Positions 8,578 to 19,582 are shown, numbered from the stretch's first letter. The stretch is DNA of 64,000 bases from Candidatus Hydrogenedentota bacterium (GCA_963674865.2 CAXXYE010000009.1:672001-736000), one strand, 5' to 3'. A program made the numbers and translations. Notes: generated by a model from the letters alone, not told the origin.

Positions 8578-11205
8578 ATGAGAACTCAACATGTGCTGTT
8601 AGCTGTCTGCTTTGCCTGGATTGCGCTTGCCCCGAATGCCTTGAGCCAGCAAGTCATCGATATCGCGGAAGACTGGAAATTCTCGACCGATCCGGAGGCG
8701 GCGGGCGAGCAACAAGGGTGGGCGGCCGTCGATTTCGCCGACGAGAATTGGGCAGACCTGAATGCCGGCATGCGGTGGGAAGACCAAGGCTTCGCAGAAT
8801 ACGACGGCCACGCCTGGTACCGCAAATGGGTGACTGTGCCGGATGGCTGGTTGACCCGCCGCGTCTACCTGGCTTTTGGCGGGATCAACGACGCCGGGGC
8901 TGTTTACGTCAACGGCAAGAAAGCAGCCACCCTCGGGTACCACAAGGAGAGCAAGAAAAACGAGTCCCTGGCCCGGGCGTTCCAAAGCATTGACATTACG
9001 CCCTACATTAAGGTTGGTGCGGACAACTTGACCGCGAAAACCGGGGCGAAGGTCCTGATCGCGGTGGACGTGTTCGACTGGGGAAAGAGCGGGGGCCTTT
9101 GGACATTGCCGTGCGCCCTCACCCTAAATCCCGAATCCATGTCGGCCGTTGAAGCCACCTGTGCCGTGGATTACGCGGCCCGGGAACTGCTCTTGCGGGT
9201 GCAACAGGTGAGTTCCCGGCCCATTTCGCTGGAAGGCGATTTCGCGGTCACGGTAACGCCCGAGGGTGGGGATACGCCCGTGCTGGCGACGCGAGTTCCC
9301 ATCGCGCCGGATGCTTCTCCCACGGAATGCGCGTTGCCTTTGCCCTACTCGCCCGACGCAGTTACTTACACGGTTGAGGTGAAGACCATATCGCCGGCAG
9401 GCGAAACGCTCGAGGATATCGCCGCAAAGACCAAGGTCCACTGGCCGGCCCGCACCGTCCGGGGGCCCGCGTACGCGGATGCCGTCCCGCTGAACAATTT
9501 CGTTTCACAACTCGCCGTCAAGGACTGCGGACCCGCCGCCGATACGATCACCTTCGCAAATCCCACATCCGGCTGGGTGTTCTTCAGCGTTACTCGGCCT
9601 GACACGTTGCCGGACGAAGCCCGGCTGTTCCTGGACGAGGAGGCCACCCCGTTGGCGCTACGCCGCTACTGGCGGACGGGGGCCCTGGAGTCCATGCGAA
9701 GGCTCGAAGCGGGTAAACACGCCCTGCGCGTGGAGGAGGCCGATGGGCGCCGCGTCGAGGTCCGCTCGATCCCGGAACTGCTCTTCTGTTTCTACCCGCC
9801 GGTAATCGACGTTCCGGAACACGGCCCCTTTGGACTGACGTTCTTCGAGCGATACGTCTTCCCCGCCGTGAATACGCTCGTCAAGGAAATCGACCCGGAT
9901 CCCTTCGAGCACAACGGGCGGACGTACACCGCCCTGAACGAACCGGATGAAGTCGTGCGGCAATGGGTGCGGGATGGCCGCGAATGGATCGTGCGGGAGC
10001 CCTTGCCGGGCCTGCACCAAGGGTTGCACGAGGAGCCCCCTATCCTCGCCGATCAAGTGTACGCCGTGTGGCGGGATAAGCCCGGCAGCACGCATCCTTT
10101 GTCCAGTGGAATCATCATCGACGAATTCGCCAATGTCTGGGCCCAGCAATTCGATGAATGGACCGCCGCCCTGGACAAGTTCAGTCAGTATCCGCCTTGG
10201 GGCAACCGGCGCTTCTACGCCTGGGTCGGCGAACTATTCCTGCACAAGCCCGGGGTGGCCTTCCAAGATGTCATCCGCAAGTACGATCATCGCCTGGTGT
10301 GGGAAAACTACCTGAGCGAAGGGCCGAGTGCGATCGCCACCCGGATCTACGTGGTCGAGAAACTCGCGCAGAGCATGCAGGTATGGCAAAACCAGCAGCC
10401 GGGCATCGGCCGTTACGTGCTCATGTGCCCGGGCATTTTCTCCGCCGTGCCGGCCAACCTCGGCAAGAATCCGCAAGCGGACTTCTGCGTGTTCCTAGAC
10501 TGGCAATTCCGCGTAATGGCCACCCATCCGAGTCTCGCCGATCTGGCGGGCGTGATTCCCTGGACGGCCCAGTACGCCGACACGGACGTGCTGCAATGGA
10601 CCTACCGCCTCATGCGGCACTACTGCATCGAGGGAAAGACCGAACCGTTCACGACCGACCCCTACGAGCTTCGCCATATTCGCAACGGCGATTTCGTGCA
10701 GGGCCTCGACGGATGGGACGTGGAAGCGGCCGCCGAGGACAGCATCCGGCCGGATCAAATCGAGGGTTTCGGCTGGATCGAGGGACGCTATTGGAAGACC
10801 ACTACGGGCGATCGGCTCGTTCGCATGACGCGCCAGGCAGAAGGCGGCAACACCTTACGGCAAACCGTCACGGGACTGGAGCCGGGACGTCGGTACGTGG
10901 CCAAACTGCTGGCCATCGACGTGGCCCATTGGACCCATCGTGAGAAAGCCGGGATCGCGCTGCGTCTCGATGGCGTAGATCGCGTGCCCGAGCACAGCTT
11001 CCACACGATGGTGGAAAGCCACGAATCCGGCTCTGTCGAGGCGTGTGCGCATCAGCAGGTGCTGATCAACTACCTGCGGGTCGTGTTCGACGCCACCGCG
11101 GAAACCGCCGCGCTCACCATCACCGACGACGTGCCCTATGGCCTGCTCGACCAGGATCTGGGATGCAACTTCGTCGAGGTCCAACCGTGGCGATTGGAGG
11201 AGTAA
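8578..11205 (+). CDS. Secreted glycoside-hydrolase-like protein: GH2-type sugar-binding N domain, unknown catalytic core, C-terminal CBM-like domain
   Basis: Signal peptide; WKFSTDP, YDGHAWYRK, LAFGGINDAGAVYVNG; C-terminal IRNGDFVQGLDGW. Confidence 0.75.
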   Translation: MRTQHVLLAVCFAWIALAPNALSQQVIDIAEDWKFSTDPEAAGEQQGWAAVDFADENWADLNAGMRWEDQGFAEYDGHAWYRKWVTVPDGWLTRRVYLAFGGINDAGAVYVNGKKAATLGYHKESKKNESLARAFQSIDITPYIKVGADNLTAKTGAKVLIAVDVFDWGKSGGLWTLPCALTLNPESMSAVEATCAVDYAARELLLRVQQVSSRPISLEGDFAVTVTPEGGDTPVLATRVPIAPDASPTECALPLPYSPDAVTYTVEVKTISPAGETLEDIAAKTKVHWPARTVRGPAYADAVPLNNFVSQLAVKDCGPAADTITFANPTSGWVFFSVTRPDTLPDEARLFLDEEATPLALRRYWRTGALESMRRLEAGKHALRVEEADGRRVEVRSIPELLFCFYPPVIDVPEHGPFGLTFFERYVFPAVNTLVKEIDPDPFEHNGRTYTALNEPDEVVRQWVRDGREWIVREPLPGLHQGLHEEPPILADQVYAVWRDKPGSTHPLSSGIIIDEFANVWAQQFDEWTAALDKFSQYPPWGNRRFYAWVGELFLHKPGVAFQDVIRKYDHRLVWENYLSEGPSAIATRIYVVEKLAQSMQVWQNQQPGIGRYVLMCPGIFSAVPANLGKNPQADFCVFLDWQFRVMATHPSLADLAGVIPWTAQYADTDVLQWTYRLMRHYCIEGKTEPFTTDPYELRHIRNGDFVQGLDGWDVEAAAEDSIRPDQIEGFGWIEGRYWKTTTGDRLVRMTRQAEGGNTLRQTVTGLEPGRRYVAKLLAIDVAHWTHREKAGIALRLDGVDRVPEHSFHTMVESHESGSVEACAHQQVLINYLRVVFDATAETAALTITDDVPYGLLDQDLGCNFVEVQPWRLEE

Positions 11206-11500
11206 ACGGACTACTCAATTGGCGGCTTAGCAGCCGGCTTGGAGAACAGTTAAGGGCGCTTTCCACATAGACGTTTCAATGATGGAAAAGGGGCTGTAAT
11301 TGTCCGGTGCTGCGGTTGCGGCCATGGCAGACGTCTCGCCTTCCGTGTGCGCGGCGCCGTCGAATTGTGTGGCGATTGCGACACGTGAGTGGGTTTGGAC
11401 GCTCCGCCTCCGACGGCGTAACCTCTCTGGCGGGAATGACGTGCCTCGGCGCGAGACGCCGCCAAGTCGAGCGCACCTTATCCGAGGAAAGGACGAGATA

Positions 11501-14464
11501 ATGCTCATGCGCCGCTTGTTTATGCTTGTTGTCGCCGCCGGCCTGTGTTGCTCCGCCGGCCTGGCCAAGGAGGGGCCGGTATTGCACACGCGCGAGCAGG
11601 TTGCGCCGGCACGTGAGCGTTGCCGCACCGACGCGTGGGCCATAGGCATCCGCGAGAAGGCAGAGCAGGACGCGGCGCGCTGGGTGGATATGTCCGACGA
11701 GGAACTCTGGGACTTTATCCTTGACGCGGAGATCCCGCGCGCGCTCAACGTGCGCTTCGGGGTGGGATGTCCGGTTCATGGAGAGGCGGTCTTTCGCGAG
11801 GGCGGCCATTATCCCTGGCTCACTTCGAGCGATCAGCCGTTCAAGGTCACGTGTCCCGTGGGCGGCGAAGTGTATCCGAGCAATGATTTCGAGGCGTACC
11901 TCAAGGGGGGATGCAAAGAAACACTCGACACCACGCAGCCTTACGTGGACGACGGCAACGGGTGGGTCGATAAGAATGGCGATCGGTACTTCTTCGTCGG
12001 ATATTACATCTTCTGGCAGCGCTGGAAGGCCGATATCATGGGCGCCATCGACGCCCTCGGCAAGGCGTATGAACTCTCGGGCGACGCGCGGTACGCGCAC
12101 AAACTCGGCGTCATGCTCGGCCGCTTTACCGAAGTTTACCCCCGCATGGATTATCCGACGCAGGCGTACCACAACGGTAAATGGCCCGCTGAAATCAACG
12201 GGCGTATCTTCGACTACGTCTGGGAAAACCGCACCATCCAGCGGGTCGCGCGGGCCTACGATCAAGTCTACGACGCTATCGATGAGGATGCCGCGCTGGC
12301 CGGCTTTCTCGCGGAGCGGGGCATTAAGGATCTCAAGCGCGACTTCGAGCAGAAAGTACTGCATTTCATGGCGCGTGACGTGATGGAAGGGCGCATTCGC
12401 GGCAACATGTACTATCAGCCCACGCTGGCCGAACTGGCCCTTGTCATCGACAACCAGGATCCGGCCTACGGCCCTACCACCGAGGAGATGCTCGATTGGC
12501 TGCTCTACGGCGACGGCGAGGTCGGCATTATCTTGCACAACGGCTTCGATCGCGACGGCGCGGGGGGCGAGAGCGCCCCAGGATACAGCTCCACCTGGAA
12601 CGATAATTTCTGCAACCTGGCCGACATGCTTGTGCGACTCGGTGTGGATATCGCCGCCGAGCCGCGATGGCGCCGGATTATCCACTTTCCTTACAACGTC
12701 ACCGTCGCGGGCAAGCACGCCCCGCGCATCGGCGATTGCGGCGGCACCATCCTCACGAGCGAGCCGCTGATCAGTCCAACCGTGTTGAAGTTCGGCTTCA
12801 AGCATTTCAAGGACCCGCAGTGCGCCCAACTGCTGGTTAAGCAGAATGCCTTCGGCGACTCGCTCTGGGGCGACGCACTCGACCGTACGGAGGTCGAAGA
12901 GGTCGCGTCGTCTGCGCCTGATCTCACAACCTTCGGAACGCGCAACCTGGGCGGATATGGGCTTGGTGTCTTTGAAGCCGGCGAGGGCGATCGCCGCCGG
13001 GCCGGCACGCTCTACTACGGTTCGCCCAACGCCTGGCACGGCCATCACGATCGCCTAACCATCGACTACTGGGCGCACGGCCGGACCTTCCTCCCCGAAA
13101 TGGGCTATCCCGCCCACTGGAATGAAAAGGGGGAGCGCTTCACGCGCGGCATGCCTTCCCACTACGTCGTCGAGATCGACGAAAAGCGCTCGGCCAATCA
13201 CAAGGCCCCCGGCTTCCTGGACTCTTTCGCGGCGGGATCCCGTGTCCGCGTGATGCGCGCCCACGCGGCCAAGAACCTCTATCCGGGCGTCACGGAGCTT
13301 TACGAGCGCACGCTGGCCATGATCGACGTGGGCGATGAGTCTTTCCTCGTCGATCTATTCCGCGTTCGCGGCGGTGGCCTCCACGACTACCATTTCCACG
13401 GCCTGCCCTTCGGCGCGTTCACCACGGAGGGCCTCGAACTCGTTTCCGCCCAGGAGCGAGGGACGCTTCTCGGCGAAGACGTGGCCTGGGGCGAGGACAC
13501 TACGAAGAACTCCAGCGGATACGACTTCTTTCGCAATGTCCGCCGTTACCGCGCGGGGGGGGTGTGGTCGGCGCGCTGGGCGGGACGCGATGACTGCCGC
13601 CTTGCCTACTGGATGCCCGCTTCTCCGGAGGTCATTGTTTGCGATGGCGAGCCGCCGGTGAAACCGGACTATCCGGCCTCCATGGAGTTCGTCGTCGTCC
13701 GCAACCGGGCCTCCGAGAGCCGATTCCCCGCCGTGATCGCTCCCAGCCGGGATTCGGACGTCGTGCAGTCCGCCGCGTTCGATTGCCGGGAGGGCGCGGC
13801 CGTCTACGAAGTGGAAACCTGTGAGGGCACTTGGCGGGTGGTTATCCAAGACGACGGCGGATTCGAGGCGGTGCTCACGCAGGGCGGCGAGTTGATCCAC
13901 GCCTTCGCAGCGAACAAGGAGCGGTTCGCGTGCAATGGCAAGCGGCTTCGGCCCAAAGACAATCGCCGCTACACCATCACCTCCGTGGACTGCACGTCAA
14001 ACGAGGTCACCGTGGATCGCCGGATTCGCAAGCCGGAGCAGCTCGCTGGTGCGGTGGCCGTTGTATCCGGCGGCGGCAATTCCGGTTCCTACACGGCCAC
14101 GCAAGTAGAAGGCCGCGCCATCCGGTTCGACGGCCCGGCAACCATCGGCATGATTATCGTAGACGACCTCGCCGGCAACGTGGTGACCACCAGCACACGG
14201 CTCCGCGGCTATGGCCGACAGTTCGGCTCCCGCGACCTCACCGGCATCGCCCTCATTGGCGAGGACATGCGGCATCCCGTCCACATCATCGCCGTCGAGG
14301 AGGCTAAAGAGGAGCCCACCCGCTTCACCCTCGCCGAGCCCGTCGCCCTGCCTGACGCGGACAACGACGGCCGCCGGCTCGCCTATTTGACGGATCTCGC
14401 GCCGGGATATGATTTGAGCTTCACGCGTTCGGCCGAGATCGAGGGCGAGCATGCAGCGAAGTAG
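11501..14464 (+). CDS. Heparinase II/III-like polysaccharide lyase
   Basis: Likely ATG at 11501 after an RBS-like AAGGA, with a signal peptide. GGESAPGY, HGHHDRL, EMGYP, SHYVVEID and VDLFRVRGG motifs. Confidence 0.75.
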   Translation: MLMRRLFMLVVAAGLCCSAGLAKEGPVLHTREQVAPARERCRTDAWAIGIREKAEQDAARWVDMSDEELWDFILDAEIPRALNVRFGVGCPVHGEAVFREGGHYPWLTSSDQPFKVTCPVGGEVYPSNDFEAYLKGGCKETLDTTQPYVDDGNGWVDKNGDRYFFVGYYIFWQRWKADIMGAIDALGKAYELSGDARYAHKLGVMLGRFTEVYPRMDYPTQAYHNGKWPAEINGRIFDYVWENRTIQRVARAYDQVYDAIDEDAALAGFLAERGIKDLKRDFEQKVLHFMARDVMEGRIRGNMYYQPTLAELALVIDNQDPAYGPTTEEMLDWLLYGDGEVGIILHNGFDRDGAGGESAPGYSSTWNDNFCNLADMLVRLGVDIAAEPRWRRIIHFPYNVTVAGKHAPRIGDCGGTILTSEPLISPTVLKFGFKHFKDPQCAQLLVKQNAFGDSLWGDALDRTEVEEVASSAPDLTTFGTRNLGGYGLGVFEAGEGDRRRAGTLYYGSPNAWHGHHDRLTIDYWAHGRTFLPEMGYPAHWNEKGERFTRGMPSHYVVEIDEKRSANHKAPGFLDSFAAGSRVRVMRAHAAKNLYPGVTELYERTLAMIDVGDESFLVDLFRVRGGGLHDYHFHGLPFGAFTTEGLELVSAQERGTLLGEDVAWGEDTTKNSSGYDFFRNVRRYRAGGVWSARWAGRDDCRLAYWMPASPEVIVCDGEPPVKPDYPASMEFVVVRNRASESRFPAVIAPSRDSDVVQSAAFDCREGAAVYEVETCEGTWRVVIQDDGGFEAVLTQGGELIHAFAANKERFACNGKRLRPKDNRRYTITSVDCTSNEVTVDRRIRKPEQLAGAVAVVSGGGNSGSYTATQVEGRAIRFDGPATIGMIIVDDLAGNVVTTSTRLRGYGRQFGSRDLTGIALIGEDMRHPVHIIAVEEAKEEPTRFTLAEPVALPDADNDGRRLAYLTDLAPGYDLSFTRSAEIEGEHAAK

Positions 14465-14814
14465 CTGCTGGACGCGGGCCTTCTCCTGTGCGTCGCCCGT
14501 CGTTCGCTTCCGTATGGCGCATTTCCGTCCTAGCCACGTGGGCCAGGGCCAAATTATTCGATCGATGTTGTAAGGTACTGTGGAGAGAGTGTTTTCGAGG
14601 AGTGATAAGATCTTGGTCCAGCCGTTTGATCTGGCGCCAGCGGGGGTAGGATGCGAACCTACGACCCGTAGGGCAAAAATGCCCGATCGATGTCATAAGC
14701 GGCTTCGGCGATTCGTGTTACGCCCTGGGTGTGTCTTGAGTGTGAGCCGATTGACCGGTCCTCAATCTGAGGGCATCATAGCGCCTTTCCCTTGGGAGAG
14801 AAGTGCTCGCATCG

Positions 14815-14985
14815 ATGTTGGATTTCATTTTGAAGCCTTGGCACCCGCTCGTCTTGTTCGTGGCTTCCCATTTGAACCGTGAGCAGCAAAGTATCATCGA
14901 ATATCTTCAGGTGGAGAACCAGGTGCTTCGCGAGAAGCTGGGGAAGAAGCGTATTCTGTTGAATGATGATCAGCGGCGTAGGCTT
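14815..14985 (+). mobile_element. N-terminal transposase remnant (rve-type IS)
   Basis: LNREQQSIIEYLQVENQVLREKLGKKRILLNDDQRRRL resembles the N terminus of integrase-core-domain transposases; the similarity stops abruptly. Confidence 0.75.
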
Positions 14986-15132
14986 CAGGCTTCGGTGGTT
15001 CAACCGAAGAACGGGGGCATTTACTGGAGGCGATGCGCGTCTTCAGGGCGGAAGCGCCGTGGCATTGGGTGCGCCGCCCGTAGACCAATCAGAAGACTGG
15101 GTGGTCCTACTGACTCGGGAGGAATCAAGTCT

Positions 15133-16473
15133 ATGAGCACTTGTCGGCATGTACTACCAGCTCTGACCTTGACGCTGGGTGTAGCCATTTCTGGCTATTC
15201 AGAGGTAACACCCGCCAAGCCGCGGGTGATCGCGACGACCGACGGTGAGGTCGATGATCGTTGTTCCATGGTTCGGTTCCTGTTGTACACCAACGAGTGG
15301 GATGTCCGCGGACTGGTTTATTCCAGTTCGAAACACCATTGGAAAGGTGATGCAGACCATCCCGAGAAGCACTGGGAGCCCGTCTCGTGGCTTGAGCGGC
15401 AGCTCGATGCTTACGAAGAAGTCTACGAGAACCTGAAGCAGCACGACCCCGATTATCCCGCCCCCGAGTATCTGCGTGCGCAGGTGTTCGTTGGCAACAT
15501 CGCGCTTGAGGGCGACATGGACGCGCCGACACCCGGTTCGGATCGGATTGTCGAAGTGCTTCTTGAGGATGACAACTCGCCGGTATGGCTCCAGGCCTGG
15601 GGCGGCCCAAACACCATCGCCCGAGCCTTGAAGACCATCCAGGAGGAGCATCCGGAGCGCATCAAAGACGTCACGACAAAGACGCGCCTCTATCTCATTT
15701 CGTTGCAGGACAGTACCTACAAGAACTACATTGAGCCGGAATGGCCTGGTCTGCAGACGTTGCAGAGCGGATCTGTGTCGTACGGCGCCATTGCCTATCG
15801 CTGGCCGGAAGTCCAGCCAGGCGAAGTCCAGCGCTTTTTCGACAGCGCCTGGATGACTGACCATATCCTGGAAGGTCATGGGCCTCTGTGCGCCATGTAT
15901 GAGGCAAATAGGGACGGTTCATTTCGTTCAGAAGGGGACAGCCCCGCCTTTCTCCACTTGATACCTGCTGGCCTGCGCAGCACGGAGAACCCGGCTTTCG
16001 GAGGTTGGGGGGGCCGATTCGCTCCGTACACAAGCGACCGGTGGAAATCCGCCGATAAGGCCGGTGCCTTTCCGCACAGCATCCTGCGGTGGGCGGAGCA
16101 TTTCCAAAACGACTGGGCGGCGCGTGCCGACTGGTGCGTCAAGACCTATGCCGAAGCGAACCACGCACCTGTTGTACGGATTTCGCCTGGATCAGACCTG
16201 TCGGCTGCTTCCGGCAAACGCATCGCCTTGAGCGCGGCCGATTCAAGCGACCCCGACGGCGACCGATTGCGGTTCAAATGGCTGCACCACGCGCAAGCGG
16301 GAACATATGACGGACGAGTACGCATTGATAATGCAGAGACGCCGACGCCCTCGTTTGTCGTTCCAAAGGACGCGGACCAGGGCGATACTGTGCACGTGGT
16401 GTGCGCTGTGACGGATGACGGCACACCGCCTCTCACTCGGTACGCGCGTTTCATAATCACAGTGAGTAACTGA
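15133..16473 (+). CDS. DUF1593 (nucleoside-hydrolase-like) secreted protein with C-terminal PKD/Ig-like domain
   Basis: ATG at 15133 after GGAGG, signal peptide; RVIATTDGEVDDRCSMVRFLLY, WGGPNT, EGDSPAFL, WGGRF, DWAARADW, SSDPDGD. Confidence 0.85.
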   Translation: MSTCRHVLPALTLTLGVAISGYSEVTPAKPRVIATTDGEVDDRCSMVRFLLYTNEWDVRGLVYSSSKHHWKGDADHPEKHWEPVSWLERQLDAYEEVYENLKQHDPDYPAPEYLRAQVFVGNIALEGDMDAPTPGSDRIVEVLLEDDNSPVWLQAWGGPNTIARALKTIQEEHPERIKDVTTKTRLYLISLQDSTYKNYIEPEWPGLQTLQSGSVSYGAIAYRWPEVQPGEVQRFFDSAWMTDHILEGHGPLCAMYEANRDGSFRSEGDSPAFLHLIPAGLRSTENPAFGGWGGRFAPYTSDRWKSADKAGAFPHSILRWAEHFQNDWAARADWCVKTYAEANHAPVVRISPGSDLSAASGKRIALSAADSSDPDGDRLRFKWLHHAQAGTYDGRVRIDNAETPTPSFVVPKDADQGDTVHVVCAVTDDGTPPLTRYARFIITVSN

Positions 16474-16494
16474 GGAGGAACGGGAAAGGACGAA

Positions 16495-17517
16495 GTGATG
16501 TTTGAACTGGGACTTAGTGTGTTGATGGTGCTGGGCGTGATTGAAGAGGAGCCACTATCTTTGCCGCCAGTTCCGGTCATCTACGACACGGACATGGGCA
16601 ACGACGTGGACGACGGCTTTGCCCTCGGGGTCATCCACGCCCTGCAGAGCCGCAACGAATGCGAGTTGCTCGCGGTGACGGTGACAAAGGACCACGAACT
16701 CGCGGGACCGTTTGTGGACGTACTCAACACCTTCTACGGCCGGGGAGACGTGCCCGTTGGCGTCGTGCGCGATGGCGCCGAACCGAAGCAGGGCAAATTC
16801 CTCGGATTGGCGGCGGAGATGAAGGACGGTGACTACCGGTTCCCGCACGCATTGGCCTCAGGAAAGCAGGCGCCCGAGGCGACCGTCTTGTTGCGAAAGG
16901 TGCTGGCATCGCAGGAGGACCACTCTGTGGTTATCGTCCAAGTCGGGTTCTCGACGAACCTGGCCCGGCTGCTGGACACCGTGCCGGACGAACACTCGGC
17001 GTTGAGCGGTCGCGAGCTGGTTGCCCAGAAGGTGAAGGTGCTCTCCGTGATGGCCGGCGCCTTTGAGCCGTTCAATGGAAAGTCTCACCGCGAGTACAAC
17101 GTGGTCATGGACATTCCCGCTGCGCAGAGGCTTACCCAGGAATGGCCCACGCCCATCGTCTACAGCGGCTTCGAGATCGGCATCAAGACGCGTTTGCCCA
17201 AAGAGGGCATCGAGCACGATTTCGACTACTGTTCCGACCATCCCATGGCGGCGGCCTATCGTCTGTACAACGAGGACTATCGCGACCAACCCTCGTGGGA
17301 CCTGACAAGCGTCCTGTGGGCCGTGCGCCCCGACCGCGGCTACTTTGGTCTTTCACCCAGGGGCCGGGTGTCTTACGACGAGAAGGGGCATACTTCTTGG
17401 ACGGAGGATCCCGCAGGGAATCACCGGTACCTCACCGTGGACGAGAAACAGACCGAACGTGTGAAGGAAGCGTTGGCGATACTGGCAAGCGAGCCGCCGC
17501 ATCTGTGTGGGAATTGA
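16495..17517 (+). CDS. Nucleoside hydrolase family protein
   Basis: VIYDTDMGNDVDD, VGFSTNL, MAGAF, EYNV and SWDLTSV motifs. Confidence 0.85.
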   Translation: MMFELGLSVLMVLGVIEEEPLSLPPVPVIYDTDMGNDVDDGFALGVIHALQSRNECELLAVTVTKDHELAGPFVDVLNTFYGRGDVPVGVVRDGAEPKQGKFLGLAAEMKDGDYRFPHALASGKQAPEATVLLRKVLASQEDHSVVIVQVGFSTNLARLLDTVPDEHSALSGRELVAQKVKVLSVMAGAFEPFNGKSHREYNVVMDIPAAQRLTQEWPTPIVYSGFEIGIKTRLPKEGIEHDFDYCSDHPMAAAYRLYNEDYRDQPSWDLTSVLWAVRPDRGYFGLSPRGRVSYDEKGHTSWTEDPAGNHRYLTVDEKQTERVKEALAILASEPPHLCGN

Positions 17518-17545
17518 GAGCATACTGAAACCGGAGCAAATTCTA

Positions 17546-19582
17546 ATGCGACAATCCACCCGTAGCTTCTTCTCGTTGATGCTCCTGCTCGTGCTCACCC
17601 GCGCAGCCTATGGAGAGAGTACATTGCTCAACGATGAATTCAGCGCCTATCCTCCGGGGCTCTTCTCGTCAGTGGTCGGCGCCCACACGGAGTATCACTA
17701 CCTGCCCGAAGCGGCACCGAAGGGGAACTGGGCCGTGTCGACGTTTCGCTCGAGTGTGCCGTCGCAACGCGCCTGGCGTGTTGTTGAGGTCGACGGCGAG
17801 GCCGCCATGGCGCAGGTGTACCGCAACAAGTACACCTTCTACCGTCCCATGCTGGTATCCGGCGATGCGGTGTGGCGGGACTACACAGTCACAGTCGAGT
17901 TCACGCCGGAATCTGAAGAAGACCAACGCGGCTTGGTATTCCGGTACCACAACGACCGGTGCTATTACTTCCTGGGCGTGAACGGTCAGCGCGCAGTGCT
18001 GAAGCTCGTCAAGCACGCGACTGGGTTTCACCAACCGTACGAGAAAATTCTCGCCGAGGCTCCCTTGACCTGGGAGCCGGGCGAGCGACTCAGGGCAACG
18101 GCAGTGGTCGAAGGCAGTCGAATCGAGGCGAGCGTTGGGGATGCGACGCTAGCTGTCGACGACGACACCTTCCCGGAAGGCAAAGTGGGTTTGACCGCCG
18201 ACGATGACACCTTGTTCTTCAACGTCGTGGTCAGGGGAAGCACAACTGAAGCAGAGCGCATCAAGAACGCCATCGCGGCGCGTAAGGCTGAAGAAGCCTC
18301 TCTTCAAGCGGCCAATCCTAGGCCGGTCCTTTGGAAACGAATCGACCTGAAGGACTTCGGGGTGGGACGTAACGTGCGTTTCGGCGACCTCGACAACGAC
18401 GGCCAAATCGACGTGCTATTCGGGCAGGTGTTACACCACGGCCCGAAGGATCGGAACAGCGAGTTGAGTTGTCTTACGGCAACGACCTTCGACGGCAAGC
18501 AGCTCTGGAGAATCGGCGAGGCCGATCCCTGGAAGAATCACCTCACCAACGACGTGGCGTTTCAGATCCACGACCTTGACGGCGACGGCAGGAACGAAGT
18601 TGTCTACGCCATGGGCATGGAACTCATCGTCGCCGACGGCGCCACGGGAGAGACCAAGTACTTGGCGCCCACGCCCGCCATGCCGGCCAACACCAAGGCG
18701 CCATACAACCAGTTCCCCCGCATCTTGGGCGACAGCTTGTATTTCTGCGACCTGCGCGGCACGGGGCGCGATGCGGATATCATCATCAAAGACCGCTATC
18801 TCAGCTTGTGGGCCTTGAACGACCGGCTTGAAGTCCTCTGGCACAATCAATGCACCACGGGCCACTATCCCTATGCCTACGACATTGACGACGATGGTAA
18901 GGATGAGTTGATGCTTGGCTACACGCTGTTCGACGACAACGGAGAAAAGCTCTGGTCGCTGGACGACGTCGTCAAAGACCACGCCGACGGTGTGGCCATC
19001 GTTCCCTTCACGCCGGGCGCGTCTCCGCGATTACTCTGCGCCGCGAGCGATGAGGGCATGTTCTTTGCCGACATGCAGGGCAATATCCTCAAACACCACT
19101 ATCTTGGCCACGTTCAGAATCCGGCTATCGCCGATTTCCGGCCTGACCTGCCGGGTTTGGAGGCCCTTTCCATCAACTTCTGGGGCAACCAGGGCATCGT
19201 GCACTTCTACAGCGCCGATGGCGACCTCTACCACGATTTCGAGCCCTGCCAGCACGGCAGCATGTGCCTGCCCATCAACTGGACCGGCAAACCAGGCGAA
19301 TTCTGGATTCTCTCTGCCAATGTGAACGAGGGCGGCATGTTCGACGGCTGGGGACGCCGTGTGGTCCTGTTTCCCGCCGACGGGCATCCCGACATGTGCA
19401 ACGCCGTTCTCGACATCACCGGCGATGCCCGTGAGGAGGTGGTGGTCTGGGATCCGTCCGAGATGTGGATCTACACGCAGAGCGACAACCCGTTGCCGTC
19501 CCTTGACCTTGTGACGGAGAAGAACCCGCTCTACAACCAATCCAACTATCTGACGTCCGTGTCCCTACCGGTGAACCGATAG
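17546..19582 (+). CDS. Secreted lectin-like domain plus FG-GAP propeller, rhamnogalacturonan lyase (PL11)-like
   Basis: Signal peptide from ATG 17546; GDLDNDG, HDLDGDGRNEV, GHYPYAYDIDDDGKDE, DHADG and DITGDAREE. Confidence 0.7.
   Translation: MRQSTRSFFSLMLLLVLTRAAYGESTLLNDEFSAYPPGLFSSVVGAHTEYHYLPEAAPKGNWAVSTFRSSVPSQRAWRVVEVDGEAAMAQVYRNKYTFYRPMLVSGDAVWRDYTVTVEFTPESEEDQRGLVFRYHNDRCYYFLGVNGQRAVLKLVKHATGFHQPYEKILAEAPLTWEPGERLRATAVVEGSRIEASVGDATLAVDDDTFPEGKVGLTADDDTLFFNVVVRGSTTEAERIKNAIAARKAEEASLQAANPRPVLWKRIDLKDFGVGRNVRFGDLDNDGQIDVLFGQVLHHGPKDRNSELSCLTATTFDGKQLWRIGEADPWKNHLTNDVAFQIHDLDGDGRNEVVYAMGMELIVADGATGETKYLAPTPAMPANTKAPYNQFPRILGDSLYFCDLRGTGRDADIIIKDRYLSLWALNDRLEVLWHNQCTTGHYPYAYDIDDDGKDELMLGYTLFDDNGEKLWSLDDVVKDHADGVAIVPFTPGASPRLLCAASDEGMFFADMQGNILKHHYLGHVQNPAIADFRPDLPGLEALSINFWGNQGIVHFYSADGDLYHDFEPCQHGSMCLPINWTGKPGEFWILSANVNEGGMFDGWGRRVVLFPADGHPDMCNAVLDITGDAREEVVVWDPSEMWIYTQSDNPLPSLDLVTEKNPLYNQSNYLTSVSLPVNR

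Noticed and set aside
8061..8993. 310-aa ORF as a functional transposase
   Set aside because: It lacks the N terminus and appears to have lost the segment carrying the third DDE residue. Its second half is out-of-frame overlap with the gene at 8578.
11276..13048. 590-aa minus-strand ORF and many other long antisense ORFs (e.g. 20238-21461, 50094-51044, 61141-62067)
   Set aside because: They shadow well-supported genes on the opposite strand, have no recognisable motifs, and are expected from high-GC codon bias.
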